Shown here: in pieces, positions 26,351 to 38,513 of the stretch
How the letters are laid out: each line of letters begins with the position of its first letter
Numbering within the stretch: position 1 is the first letter of the stretch
Source of the DNA: Xylographa opegraphella
Taxonomy: Eukaryota
Length of the DNA: 64,000 nucleotides
NCBI GenBank assembly: GCA_022813865.1
Contig: JALDZX010000021.1
Coordinates: 62,001 to 126,000, forward strand
Direction: 5' to 3'
The notes under the pieces: model-generated
Told to the model about the DNA's origin: nothing
Databases searched by the model: none
The model's input: the letters and a program-made list of their open reading frames with translations, nothing else
Program-made: the position numbers and the translations under genes

Positions 26351-27607
26351 ATGGCCCCAACACCCTGCCAGCTCTGCCACACCTCCCGCGCTCTGATCCT
26401 CCGGCCCAAGAACCACCAGAAGCTATGCAAGGCCTGCTTCGTCCTCGTCTTCGAAACCGAGATCCACAACACCATCACTACGTACTCCCTGTTTAGTCCT
26501 GGCGAGCGGATCGCCATCGGTGCCTCCGGTGGCAAGGACTCCACCGTCCTGGCTAGCGTGCTCAAGACGCTCAACGAGCGGCACGGCTACGGTCTCGACC
26601 TGACGCTCCTGTCCATCGACGAAGGAATTCGTGGCTACCGCGACGACAGCCTCGATACCGTCAAGCGGAACGCGCTGCAATACAACATGCCCCTCATGAT
26701 CGTTGGCTATGCGGAGCTGTACGGGTGGACGATGGACCAGGTGGTGGCGCAGGTGGGCAAAAAAGGTAACTGCACCTACTGTGGGGTGTTCCGGCGGCAG
26801 GCACTGGACCGTGGCGCCGCGAAGCTGGGCATTCGCCATGTGGTGACGGGTCACAATGCGGACGATGTGGCGGAGACGGTGCTGATGAATCTGTTGAGGG
26901 GGGATTTGCCACGGCTGGCAAGAGCGACGAGCATAGTGACGGAGAGTGCCGCGAGTGATACTAAGAGGAGCAAGCCGTTGAAGTATGCGTACGAAAAGGA
27001 GATTGTGCTATATGCGCATCATAAGGGTTTGGACTACTTCACGACGGAGTGTATTTACAGCCCAGAGGCGTTCAGGGGAAGTGCGCGTACGCTGATTAAG
27101 AGCTTGGAGAGAGTGAGGCCAAGTGCAATTCTTGATGTGGTGAGAAGTGGAGAGGATATGGCGAAATTAGTACCCGTGGAGGTAAGCGGGCGGGCATCAG
27201 GCGCAGAAGAAGACGAGGATGGGACGGGAGGCTGTGGGAGCGCTAACGGGAGGGCAAGTGGCGGCGAGATGAAAACGATGGAAACCCAGCTGGTGGCGAG
27301 TGAGGAGGCGGATGAGAGAGAGGTCGAGGTCACCTCGGCTGGGGTGAAGGGCCAACGGCATGATAGAATAGGAAATGCGGCAACGGTCCATAAAGGTAGG
27401 AAGCCCAGGAAGTTGCATACGCAGCACATGGGACAGTGTGTGCGATGTGGTTACCTATCTAGTCAAGACCTATGCAAAGCTTGTATGCTGTTGGAGGGAC
27501 TCAACAAAAATAGGCCCAAAGTAGATATACAGATCGGAGTTGCAGAAGCAGATAGCAGCGCCACCCGTACTAGCCAAGCCGGAGGGTTTCAGCAAGGCCT
27601 GGGATAA
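26351..27607 (+). CDS. NCS6: Cytoplasmic tRNA 2-thiolation protein 1 (TtcA/CTU1 family), 418 aa, intronless
   Basis: N-terminal CxxC pairs, PP-loop [49 protein letters not shown], and a C-terminal CxxC..CKAC zinc finger. Confidence 0.96.
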   Translation: MAPTPCQLCHTSRALILRPKNHQKLCKACFVLVFETEIHNTITTYSLFSPGERIAIGASGGKDSTVLASVLKTLNERHGYGLDLTLLSIDEGIRGYRDDSLDTVKRNALQYNMPLMIVGYAELYGWTMDQVVAQVGKKGNCTYCGVFRRQALDRGAAKLGIRHVVTGHNADDVAETVLMNLLRGDLPRLARATSIVTESAASDTKRSKPLKYAYEKEIVLYAHHKGLDYFTTECIYSPEAFRGSARTLIKSLERVRPSAILDVVRSGEDMAKLVPVEVSGRASGAEEDEDGTGGCGSANGRASGGEMKTMETQLVASEEADEREVEVTSAGVKGQRHDRIGNAATVHKGRKPRKLHTQHMGQCVRCGYLSSQDLCKACMLLEGLNKNRPKVDIQIGVAEADSSATRTSQAGGFQQGLG

Positions 27608-30393
27608 ATATCGAAATCCCAGCCTCTCTATGAAGCACTTGATATTGCGAGTACTGTCGTACATATCGCAAGCAAACTGTGAATTTTGTGGTAAGGGCTG
27701 ATCGACCTCTGTAATCAAGCCGGTATAGCATCTAAGACTTTCAAAGGCAGCAGTCTTAGTTGATCTTCCCACTTGCTTTGTGATCGGTTTAACGGTACAG
27801 GCGCTGCGAGATGCCAGAACCCATGTCCCGTAGGCCAAATATGAAACCTTCAGCAAAGTTTCGCGGCATAGCGCTTTCACTTTGTGAAAAGTCCTGTAGG
27901 GTTAGCGACTTAGTAATATCCGATTACCGCAGAGATATCTATTTATACGTGCTTCGATACAACCAATCTGACAGCCTAATTTTGTCACCCATCTTGTTCC
28001 TCCTCATTCTGTATGTCCTCGAGGAAAAAGTTTCTCAGACAAAATTTCTTCCCAGCATTGGCATTGAAATAAGGCAGTGTAACCTGGAACCCAAATAAAA
28101 ATTAGATGAACAACTTAAACGTTTCTCAGCAAAATTCTTTGGAGATGAATCATCTCCTATTGCTTTCGATAAATCAAGAGGTCTTCTCGTAACCATCAAC
28201 TTGTTGCTCAATTTGTGGCGCTCAAATTCAGGTTCTTGATCTTTGAAATATCAGAGCTGCAATCCAAGAGAGCTTGTAGGAAGTGGCAGAGATTTCGTTG
28301 TGAAGCGCCGGTCGATTGTCGTCCTTAGTGAACTCCAACTCCTCCTTGTAGATCGTCGCCATCTCACCGCCAGTTGGCAACGAACCCGTTCTGAGCTCAG
28401 CCTTGGTATTTCTCGTTCACCACCGTTGTATTGCTGTACGCTCATCCTTAGTCGCAGATAGAAGCCAAGTCATTATTTGGAGGTCGTAGTTTTAGATCCA
28501 GAAGCCACAGGAGGCTTTGCTTTGCAGTCACCTATACAGACAGCGTCAGCGGATCCTGCTTACTCTGCGAGAGATAATATATAAATATGCTCAGATACGG
28601 ATGACCGAAATGTGTTATGGATGTATTCGTAGCTGAAAGAGCCCAAATCTCTGAGCATGACCAGATGGTTGAGTTTCCAAAGTACAGGATGACGAACCAC
28701 ACTTCTCATCGAGTTTATTCTCTCTATTGCAGATTTCAGTACGGCATAGCATGCAAGAGAGTAAAGCTCGATTACTCACGTAGCCACAACATTGGGAGGA
28801 CATCGTTCATGTGTCTGCTGATACCGTACACACCAGGATTTGACAATGTAACGGACATGCCCGCACTGATAAGTGACTTGGGTGTAGCTAATGAAAGACC
28901 TCGACTTTAGCATTTCCTAAATTGTGTGAAGTTGGTAGGAGCATAAGGGCCCGAACGGCAGTCTTGCACTCCCGACAGTCTCAAGAGTCGCTTGACTATG
29001 AAGACATGTCTCACGACTCAGAACCATGCCCCGGAAAGCAGAAGAAGAGACTTGGAGCATACGTACTCACACATTCTGAGCTGACCTTGACCAATGAAAG
29101 AAGAAGCACATGGTGGATTAAGTAGAACTCAAGGGAACCAAGCTCTTTCGTCGGAATCGAGAAACCCACGAGCTCTATATCTGTCCTGTTTCGCAGGATA
29201 CAGCAGCTTCCATATCAGCATTACTCAGCTGAAGGCAAGGAGGTATAGATTCAGCTGCACACGCCACGCGGCTGGAAGGCGTAAGATGTCTCCTAATGTG
29301 TCCGAATGACCGGGAGTGTATGACGAACGACTCGAGTTGGGGGGACCCGCTTACTCAGGCTTCCTACCCCGAGCGTCCCTTTCGGATGTATAGTGGGTGG
29401 TAATTGACATCATGCTACGACTATTGCTGGATTATCTTGCCGACACTTATTGCATTGACTGAGGGGCTGCTTGTTTAGGCTATGAATGCCGAGACCTGTC
29501 TAGTCCTTGGGTTGCCCTGCATTCTAAGGAAAAAAGCTTCATGTCAGCCGTAGATAAGATATATTGGAAAGGACTCATGCGACTTCGAAGAGCCGCAAGA
29601 TCTCTGTACCACCATGATAGAACCTGGAAAGAGCCGTAAACGCACGATGGGACGTCCATTCACCCCCCGGGACGAGGTTGCGCTATTCGGATAGTGGAAG
29701 TGCGGAAGCCGTAGTGAGGATGATCATCCGAAAGTGCTCCAAATAGCCTGAAACTTCTACGGTCCGTCTATGTGATTAGGGCCAAAGCCAGCGCAGAAAT
29801 GGTGTGCTGCTCCCAAGCTTATGCAGGCGTCCAACCACTTAGAGCTAGAAAAGCGCTCTTGACTACCGTGTCAGACCCGGTTCGTTCGCTCGAAAGAAGT
29901 TTGTAGCAGGACGTCAGAAGTACTGCCGCGCAAGTACCCTTCCAAAACACCTTGGTTGAAGGCAAAGGCTACTCGGACATTGATCACGCCTCAAGGATGT
30001 GGCACACAGCGGATGCAACATCAGGATTCCCCGTCCCGAATTGAAGGAAGACCATGCCAGGGTCATCGTTTCCACGTGGGAGTGCTGGACCTCCCTCGGC
30101 GTAGGTTCTGTTCTGTTAGGTTGGCCCATGTCGCGTGATACAGGGCTGTACTGCATCTCTTCTCATCAAGTATGTACCTAACGCAAAGATCGCTGATACC
30201 GAACGACAACAGGTACCAAATGAGAGTCCCACGAAGGATGGATTGGCTTGCGAGCAAAAGGTTCATGCACAAATATTCTGAATGGTAAAGCCACGTGAAG
30301 CACAGCAGCTCGCATTGAAAAGTATTCCAAGAAAGATTCCTTTACAGTACGAATTTAATACAACAATATACGAGCGGGCGGTTCACTACTGGC

Positions 30394-32152
30394 TCAAGGT
30401 TGATCAACGTCGGCCTCGTCCGCATCAAGCCATCCTCTTGACATTTCTACAGCTTTCACCCAGCTCTTGTACATCATCGCGCTCTTCTTCGTCGATATTT
30501 GCGGCCGGAACACCTTGCGATCCGTTTGGTTGATCTCACTTAATTCTTCGAACTCCTTCCACACATCTACAGCAAAGCCAGCGGCTATAGCAGCGCCTAA
30601 AGCTGTGGTTTCTCGCATGGCTGGCCGATCGACTGGGATGCCGATGATATCTGCCTGTGTCTAGAGAGGCTCAGTCAGGAGTATGAGGAGAAAGGAAGGA
30701 ACAAACATACCTGCATACATAAATCAGAGTTACTCATCCCACCGTCAACCGCGAGTTCGGATAACTTGTGTCCGCTGTCTTTCTCCATGGCATCAAGGAT
30801 TGCTTTGGTCTGAAAGCACGCAGCTTCGAGCGTTGCTCTTGCTATATGTCCCTTCTCAGTATGGGAAGTAATGCCAAAAATGGTTCCTTTGGCGTCGTCA
30901 ATCCAGTAAGGAGCGAAAAGGCCACTGAATGCCGTAACGAATACACAACCTCCGTTATCCTTGACAGTTGCAGCTAACTCACTGACGTGATGAGATTTCT
31001 CAACAAAACCAAGATTATTCACAAGAAATTTGACCCCACTTCCCGCCACAGCTATACTACCTTCCAGAGCATACACTGGCTTGCGATCGCCACCAAAATG
31101 ATAGGCTATTGTCGCAAGAAGTCCATGGCTTGACATTACTGGCTTTTCGCCGACATTATATAAAAGGAAACACCCTGTGCCGTAAGTATTCTTCGCCATC
31201 CCTGGAGAGAAACCACACTGGCCAACCAGTGCGGCAGACTGGTCTCCGAGGCAGCCGGTAATTCTCACTCCCTTCAAGCTACCAGAGCTCAAAGAACCGA
31301 AGGCATTAGCATCTGCAGAAGGAACGATCTTAGGAAACTTTATCTTCTGTCTGTCAAGCTCAAAGAAGTCAAAAACTCGCTGGTCGTACTCCAAGGTGTG
31401 CAAGTTCATGAACATGGTCCTCGAAGCATTCGTAGCGTCAGTGACAAAGATATCTCGGGCTTTACCTCCATTCAGTCTGTAGAGAAGCCAAGTATCGACT
31501 GTACCAAAACATAGTCTACCTTCATCATACGCAGTTCTCACCTGCTCACAGTTCCGGAAAAGCCACATCAATTTCACCGCCGATGGATACGTGGACAGAG
31601 GCAGCCCGCAGATACCCTGCAGGGTATCAGCACCTTTGCGATCTTTGAATTCTCGAACAAGATTTTGAGTTCTGGTATCTGGCCATACGATGGCCTTGTG
31701 TAGAGGCTCTCCAGTTTCGCTGTCCCATACCAGCGTAGTCTCACGCTGGTTAGTGATCCCAACAGCCTTGATATCCGTATTAGAATATCCTAAACCGACA
31801 AAGGTCTTGGTGGCCTCTTCGATGCAAAGCTCGACTGATTCAACGATCTCTTGTGGATCATGCTCATGATATCTATGGAAGCGTCAATCCACTTGAGCAC
31901 TTCGTGATACAATTCGGAGGAAAGCACGTACCCAGATTGTGGATAGAACTGCGTGAATTCAAGCTGATGGGAAGCCACAGGAGCCCCTTCCGTGTCGAAT
32001 ATTAGAAAACGTGAGCTCGTGGTGCCCTGGTCGATGGAGCCAATGAAGGAGCGTGACAACCCAGCTTCTGATGGCTTTATGGAACCTATCTTCTCATGAT
32101 CGTTTGAAACATGGGACATGGTAGACGGGCCTGAGGGCGCGGTCATGGCCAT
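30394..32152 (-). CDS. GUT1: Glycerol kinase (FGGY family), ~549 aa from ATG 32152; in-frame upstream ATGs at 32347 and 32404
   Basis: IGSIDQGTTSSRFLIFD, GITNQRETT, TDATNASRT, LGDQSAALVGQ, AKNTYGTGCF, AFSGLFAPYW, LAVDGGM, ETTALGAA. Exons 32152-31932, 31872-30711, 30660-30394; total 1650 nt. Confidence 0.95.
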
Positions 32153-32700
32153 CTTCGTAGCACGTTGGATGGTGGAAGTAGAATGGTAGCGCCTAGGGCA
32201 CGGTTCTGTGATTGAAGGGCACGAGTTGCGGAACACGCGAGACCTGAAAATTATGGGGGTAGCCGTGAAGGACGACAGAAGTTTCGATGAGCATAGCAAT
32301 GATGGGTTTCGCAGCAGGCACAGAGCATTTTGAGTGCTACGTGTCATACCCCGCCTGAATGAGAGCTTCCGGAGGCGGACAAACTTGGGCTGCTTTTCCG
32401 ACATTGGTATCTTCTTCCGCGCGGCAATCCGCGTTTACTATAGCTCCTGAGCTTCTTTATATTCCCCACCAATAATTCTCGTTGTTGATTGCACTACCAC
32501 ACACTTAAGGCGATTTCATTCACTAATCTCGCATTGTGTAAACTGTGCGAAACAATGGGTGTATAGACAACTAGTGTGTTTCACAATATGATAGAGCAAG
32601 TGAGGGGGACATGCTTCTAGCGGAAGGTATATACCTCGTCGCTGGGTATCTTTAACAACATTATATATATCTTCATAGCCACCTCACGTGGTCTTCCAGT

Positions 32701-35700
32701 TCAGATTCTCCCACCTTCAACCACTTGCCGTCCAAGTATCTCAATCAGCCCGCCCTCGGCCGTCCTTCTCTTCTCCAACACCCATCTTCTCGCACCATCT
32801 TCATCAAGTTCCGTGACATAACTGACACTTTCAGTCCCGCTACTGCTTCGGCTGTGTCCAGGCCCCTTTATAGCATTCCTTCTTTTCGGGGATGAGTCTG
32901 ACCCACTACTTTTGTCTTGTAAGGTGCCAGACGGAGCCATCGTAAGACCTTGAGTTTGCAACGTAAGAGAACGGCTTCCAGGATGGATGTCACCATCGCA
33001 ACCCGTTTCTTTGTTACCAACGAGGCTGTAGCCAGAGCTGGCAAGGTGTGAACCACTGAGAGCGTTACTCAGTGGACCTCCTGCTGTTGGTGGCAGGTAT
33101 GACTGTGGAGATCCAGTCTTGTGACTTCCACAACTGACCAAGCTCGTATCACTACCTCCGAAAGCTCCCCGTCGGAGCTTCAGCAGAGCAGACAACGACA
33201 GGTTTTCGTCTTCATACTGCATGGCATCTGCAAGCTGTGCCAGGCCAGGAGTTGGTAGCGAGGGCGAGTACAGAGTGTGCATCGGAAGTGAAATCATCGA
33301 ATTACGTTGACTCCATTCACTTCGCTCCGTAATAGGTGTTAGACTAGGTTCTTGAAAATTGGCTTTACCGCTATGACTTCTTTTGAGCCCATCTATACCA
33401 GCAGGGCCAAAATAACCGCCATTCGCATATTGAGCCTCTCCAGAACCGTTGGCATGCGCAAAGAAGCCGAATTCGCGCCCGTAAAAGCCTTCATCATCAT
33501 TTTCCAGAGCTTCGGCATTCGCAGCTGCTATAATCGCATCGTCGTCTTGCTCATCGTCGAAAGTAAAGTCGTTAGTAGTAATTCCCTCCACCACACCGGG
33601 CTCGGACATCCCACGTGATTGGCCTATCGTTTGCTCTTCAAAGCTGACGTGAGGCTTGTGCACCGGGAAATTATGGCTCTTTTGCTCTCCTTCGTCTATG
33701 CTTAGCTTACGATCAAATCTGCCATCACGGGCAGCCGATTCAGCGGCGGATGCTAGGGCACTATGATAGGCTGCGAGATTGTCGAATGTAAGACCGATGG
33801 ATTGATTGAAGCTTGGGGCTGTAGTCGCTTTATCGATTAGTGATATCTTCCGAGCAGGAATTGCATTAGATGGCCACATAAGATACTTCGTCCTTTCTGA
33901 TTCTATATCTGTAAATGCATGGTATGGCTCGGTAATGCTCTCTGCAGATATTGGACGCGTCGATTGCTGGGACGTTTCAGCGGAGGACGACTCTACTATG
34001 TCTGCTAAAGGCTGAAGGTCTCGCAACGGTAAACCATAGATCCTGCTCGTATCGTCGTCAAAAACTGATTCGTCGAATGTCGAACTGTCCCAATTATCGA
34101 GTTGATCGATCATACCGTCATCGAAATAAAGATCGTCTTCGTATACCCTCTTTTGCGGTCTCTGAGTGTTTGGTGCATTATCGTGCCCCAGAGAATGTTG
34201 TGATGTTCCAAGATTAACAACAGTACGCTCATCAGAAACAGAGCCAGCCGCTGGTTTGGCATATTGGACTAAACCTCGATGTTCCTGCCCGTCTGATTCT
34301 CCAAGCGCAAGCGGGTCATCCAAAAGTCGACTTGAATGGCTTTTAATATCTTCATATAGTCTGCCAACTCCCTCATTCGGTCCACGTGCGTCTTGTTGCA
34401 GGCCGAAAATCAATGCTCGAGAGGTAACATCAATTTCACTTACTAGATCGTCATCATCCGCATCTGCATTGACTCCTGGTATTCTCTCTTCAAGCATGCC
34501 GTCATAATCCTCGTCTTCGCCTACAAATTCATCCTCTTCGTCCGCTTCATCCAATCCATCAACCGTGTGCATGGTTGCGGAAACTCTAGATGCCATACTT
34601 CCATACCTTCGTGGAGCATTTTTTTGCCGATGCCTCTCTTCTAGGAGTTTTTCCTGCGTAGAAGAGCCAACACCAGCCAAGTCAAAGCTGAACCTAGAAG
34701 CATTACTTTTAAAATGTTTTGGTAAGCCTGCGCCCTGAAAACTTGGATCTGTAATTGATGTGGCTCGCGAACGGCTCTTTGGAGGTGTAGGACTTGAGAT
34801 AACTTTTGCCACTTCCCCTAAATGTGGCGAGCTTGTTGCACTGGTTTCCAAAGTGTTCAAGGAGCTGAGCGGAGGTGTCTTCTTAGGCGTGAGATAAGAA
34901 GCATCTTGCATGTGCAAATTTCTGACGACGTCGGCTGGAAAGTTGCGGGCAAATGGCGGTAAAGGTGAATTTCCGTCATGGGGCTTTTTCTCTGTCATCC
35001 GTTCTAAAAGTCCTGTTGTGTGCTGATTCCTACGATCCTCGATGTCAAATCGCCATGGTTCCATTTCTTCTCCAAACTGTTCTTTGAATACAGGGGTGTG
35101 TTGTTTTTCAGAATGAGGTGCGCTGTCTCCCGTCGCCGCTCCAATGCTTCGTTGCGACGACGATCCGTTGTGAAATTCCAGCTGTTCGGGGCTATCGCCA
35201 TTGTCACGATCCCCTGGACGGCCGTAGAGATTTGGCTGTCTCTCAGCCCAGCCTCTATCCCGATGATGCAGGTTGGGTCTGGAGCGTGGAGCACTGAAGT
35301 CGTGCACAACCTTGCCCCGTATCCGTGGATCGTAGTTATCAGGCAACTTAGTTCCAGTGGACGACGTATGCCTTGCGGCACTATACGAGTTGTCATTAAC
35401 TGGTACCATCGTCTGAGCCGAGCGTCTTCTTGAAAGTAAAGACATAGGATTTAGGAGATTCAGCCTGGGTCTGCCATGACGCATTTGGATCGGCACAGCA
35501 TTGGAAGGTATCTGTGGTTGCGAGCTTGTAGATGGCAGATGGTTCTGGTTGAACTGGGTGCGACCTTCTGCTGCCTCGTGCATTCGCGGAGAGGCTGCCA
35601 AGTGGGAGTTCGGCTCCCCATACGATCGAGTCTCGTTTGAAGGTATTCCATGATAGCCGACTGATATGTCTTCGGCCGATTGATGCTGCAATGTTTGACC

Positions 35701-36126
35701 GATCTGAGGTGGAGGTGAAGAGAATTCCGTATAGTCCTCGTATTGCCTTGAACTAACATCGTGATCTGTAGAATGTACAGCAGACCGTCGTTCGGCATCT
35801 TTGCTCGAGACGAAGTGATTATAGCTTATTTCCGTCTCCTGAAACCCTTCATTATTTTCTGGTGATGCAGTAGCAGTGTCTGGAGCGCCATACTGAGACG
35901 CGACGCGTGGTATGGGTGGTAGGGATGGCGGATCAGCTGTCGTGGGTCTCGAATGCAGGCCTGCGAATGCTGCATATCCACGGGAAGAGGAAGTCAGATG
36001 CCGTTGTCCGCCGTAAGCCGATTTTCCGTGCTTGTGCCCATTTACATCCGGTTGATGCTGAGAGGATGCCTGGGAAGACGCAGCTCGACGGGTACTGGGG
36101 CGGATTCCGTTCAAATAGGAAAACAT
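32701..36126 (-). CDS. Large conserved uncharacterised low-complexity protein, ~1141 aa, intronless
   Basis: 3.4-kb uninterrupted ORF with islands that look conserved (LNLLNPMSLLSRRR, YDPRIRGKVVHDFSAPR, HTPVFKEQF, HFKSNASRFSFD, DDLYFDDG, FYGREFGFF, EPSLTPITERSEWS, WVLEKRRTAEGG..GRQVVEGGRI) in an S/D/E-rich matrix. First ATG at 36126. Confidence 0.88.
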   Translation of the reverse strand: MFSYLNGIRPSTRRAASSQASSQHQPDVNGHKHGKSAYGGQRHLTSSSRGYAAFAGLHSRPTTADPPSLPPIPRVASQYGAPDTATASPENNEGFQETEISYNHFVSSKDAERRSAVHSTDHDVSSRQYEDYTEFSSPPPQIGQTLQHQSAEDISVGYHGIPSNETRSYGEPNSHLAASPRMHEAAEGRTQFNQNHLPSTSSQPQIPSNAVPIQMRHGRPRLNLLNPMSLLSRRRSAQTMVPVNDNSYSAARHTSSTGTKLPDNYDPRIRGKVVHDFSAPRSRPNLHHRDRGWAERQPNLYGRPGDRDNGDSPEQLEFHNGSSSQRSIGAATGDSAPHSEKQHTPVFKEQFGEEMEPWRFDIEDRRNQHTTGLLERMTEKKPHDGNSPLPPFARNFPADVVRNLHMQDASYLTPKKTPPLSSLNTLETSATSSPHLGEVAKVISSPTPPKSRSRATSITDPSFQGAGLPKHFKSNASRFSFDLAGVGSSTQEKLLEERHRQKNAPRRYGSMASRVSATMHTVDGLDEADEEDEFVGEDEDYDGMLEERIPGVNADADDDDLVSEIDVTSRALIFGLQQDARGPNEGVGRLYEDIKSHSSRLLDDPLALGESDGQEHRGLVQYAKPAAGSVSDERTVVNLGTSQHSLGHDNAPNTQRPQKRVYEDDLYFDDGMIDQLDNWDSSTFDESVFDDDTSRIYGLPLRDLQPLADIVESSSAETSQQSTRPISAESITEPYHAFTDIESERTKYLMWPSNAIPARKISLIDKATTAPSFNQSIGLTFDNLAAYHSALASAAESAARDGRFDRKLSIDEGEQKSHNFPVHKPHVSFEEQTIGQSRGMSEPGVVEGITTNDFTFDDEQDDDAIIAAANAEALENDDEGFYGREFGFFAHANGSGEAQYANGGYFGPAGIDGLKRSHSGKANFQEPSLTPITERSEWSQRNSMISLPMHTLYSPSLPTPGLAQLADAMQYEDENLSLSALLKLRRGAFGGSDTSLVSCGSHKTGSPQSYLPPTAGGPLSNALSGSHLASSGYSLVGNKETGCDGDIHPGSRSLTLQTQGLTMAPSGTLQDKSSGSDSSPKRRNAIKGPGHSRSSSGTESVSYVTELDEDGARRWVLEKRRTAEGGLIEILGRQVVEGGRI

Positions 36127-36869
36127 TGCGGACACCGCTTACAGAATTTCGAGACTGGAGTACGGATTCGAAAATCAGTGAATCGGCTAGCGGACATGTG
36201 TGAGCATGATTCAGGATTTCACAAGCTGTGTTTACGATCGTTGAGCTCGGAGAACACATCAGTCGTCAATAATGCTTATGGTCGTTCGATTGAGCGCCTT
36301 TGCTAACGAGCTTGTTTATCTCGTACTGGACAGGCATCGAATAGCACAGGCTCCTTGTGACATGCAGCTCGCAATCAATATCATGCTTGCAAGCAAACGA
36401 TCATCTCGAGTTACCTTGGGTAGTTAGGCTAAATGCGGATGCACGGATTTAGTGAGCAAAACAGGGTCAAAGAGGCCGAATACACGGTAAGCACTAGGAC
36501 CAATTGGAAGGCAGCGGTTCATCGCCTAAAATCACCTCCAACAAATGATAGATGATCGGAGGTCCCCGAGCGGAGGGTTGACCGCTCCGTTATTAGTAAA
36601 ACACCGCATGAAAGTAGCAGAACGTTGACGGCTACGGTCTATACAAAAGTCCAATATTCTTTTATCCTTGAGGAGTAATCTATACGGAGGTAGTCACAGC
36701 GAGTAAGAACGACAATTTGGCTCCGTGCGTTTCCGTCTCTCAGTGATGTATATTCGGTACTTTGGCATGTGGTAACATCCATAACAAAGATGCCAGACCC
36801 GAGTTTTTCAAATAACGGGTTGCAAAGCAAGACAGTCTGCTCAAGAAAGTCTGCTTGATCTCCTCAAAC

Positions 36870-38030
36870 TTACTCATCCTCCTCATCCTCCTCTTGGGAT
36901 ACAATCTTTGCTCGTCGCTCCTTCTCCTCAGCCTCAAGACTCTCCATCTGCGAGTCTCGTAGGGCCTTGATCCGGTCCGCGGGTCCAGGAAGCCTGTTGA
37001 TCTTGTCCGCGATCTGCCCTCGCCCAATCAAGCTGATGACTATACTCGCTCCCACGATAAATGTCAAGGCAAAGCGATAAGTCGTATACCAGTGCGGAGC
37101 CCAACCCCTCCTAGTCGCTCTCGCATCCGCAAAGTAGAGGTAATTGAAGGCCAAGAATTGTGCGATCAATGCGTATTCTACCGGTAATAGAGTGGTAGGC
37201 CAGGCAATGGCGGGGGCTACAACACCTATGGCATATCGAGGATATCCATGTTTCCCTCCGTATTTTGCCCATTCAAGGCCCCAGTGAATGGCACCTAGGA
37301 AAGAGAGAATCTTTTGCGAGTCATTAGTCTGCCGAGCATCCTGTATGGAATTTGAACTCTTACCACAGCACCATATCCGATCTGAAGCGGCTCGATGATG
37401 TGGAGCAGTAACTCAGCTTTCTGTCCAGACAGAAGAAAGCCTGACCCTGTGAGTGCAGCATGGTTTATGTCCCAGGCCAAATAAACAGTTGATATCGAGG
37501 TACCGAGGTATGGTAGAACACCAGCCATGCCGAGAACAAGGGCTTCACGAGGAACTTCGCTCATCGAAAAGGTCTCTCTAATAGTTTTCTACAATGAGGC
37601 AATTGGTTAACAAGGCTCACTGTTGGGTACCTTTTGACCTTACCAGATCCGCTTTCACGCCCGCAAGCATGTCAACATCTCTCTCCTTATCTTCAACGCC
37701 CTCTTCATGCATCACTTGGCGTACTGATGATAGTGTAGAGACAGCTTCCGGATGCGGCTCGATTTCAGTCTTCGCAACGTCCTTCTCATGCCTCTTATCG
37801 ATATGGTCAAACGGGGTTCCGGGATGGGTGGATGCATATCGTTGAAGAGCTCTGCTGGGTTGCTTGTATGGGTTGATTGCACGGCTGGAGGGTGGCTGGA
37901 GCTGTGACTGGAGAGTGCGAGCTTTTGATTGTGCTTGCACGAGAGCGATAGTGCTTGTGTTGCGGAAGCTCACGGTTGGGGATCTTAGCAATGATTGCGT
38001 TAAGGAGCGCGTTGCTCCACTACGAAGCAT
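36870..38030 (-). CDS. DUF3429/TMEM69-like mitochondrial membrane protein, ~350 aa
   Basis: R/S-rich presequence-like N-terminus (MLRSGATRS...QRYAS), GMAGVLPY, YGAVILSFLGAIHWG signature, GWAPHWY..YRF. Exons 38030-37644, 37588-37364, 37310-36870; total 1053 nt. Confidence 0.85.
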
Positions 38031-38488
38031 TTTGCCGATTGACCTCGATCTACTCGTCTGAAGAGCGTGCCAAACACCGATTGAGGGTATATAGCCACTG
38101 TTGGTGCTCCTAGGTACTTTTTGCCCTTCTGCTTCAGACAAGCGCCGGTAACCTTGAAGCTGGAGTTTACTTCGTTAAGGTACCTATGAAGAACCTTGGC
38201 TTGAAGTGCTCCGCGCTAAGCTCAGAACCGCTTTAACTTTTCGCTACGTCAGGTTAGGTCCTACGGTAGGGAGATGCTCTAGGTCACTCTTGGTTAGGTA
38301 CTTATGTATCCTAGCACTACGTCACACTCTGGAACAACCACCTTGTGCAGGAAGAACACGGTGCAATAAAACCCCATAGGTGGTCACCCTTGTAGGAGAG
38401 TAGTGGTACCTTATGCAGCTCATATAGCTGTTAAGCAACCGAGGCCGCTTCGTCTACACCATAGTTCGTAGCGAGCCACTTTCTCTTG

Positions 38489-38513
38489 TACTCCGTAAGG
38501 TAGGTACGGAGTA
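38489..38513. repeat. Perfect 9-bp inverted repeat TACTCCGTA-N7-TACGGAGTA in the DUF3429/VPS13 bidirectional promoter
   Basis: TACTCCGTA 38489-38497, loop AGGTAGG, TACGGAGTA 38505-38513. Confidence 0.8.

Noticed and set aside
27950..28470. Protein-like fragments on the minus strand downstream of NCS6
   Set aside because: Many stops and no recognisable family; cannot be supported without a homology search.
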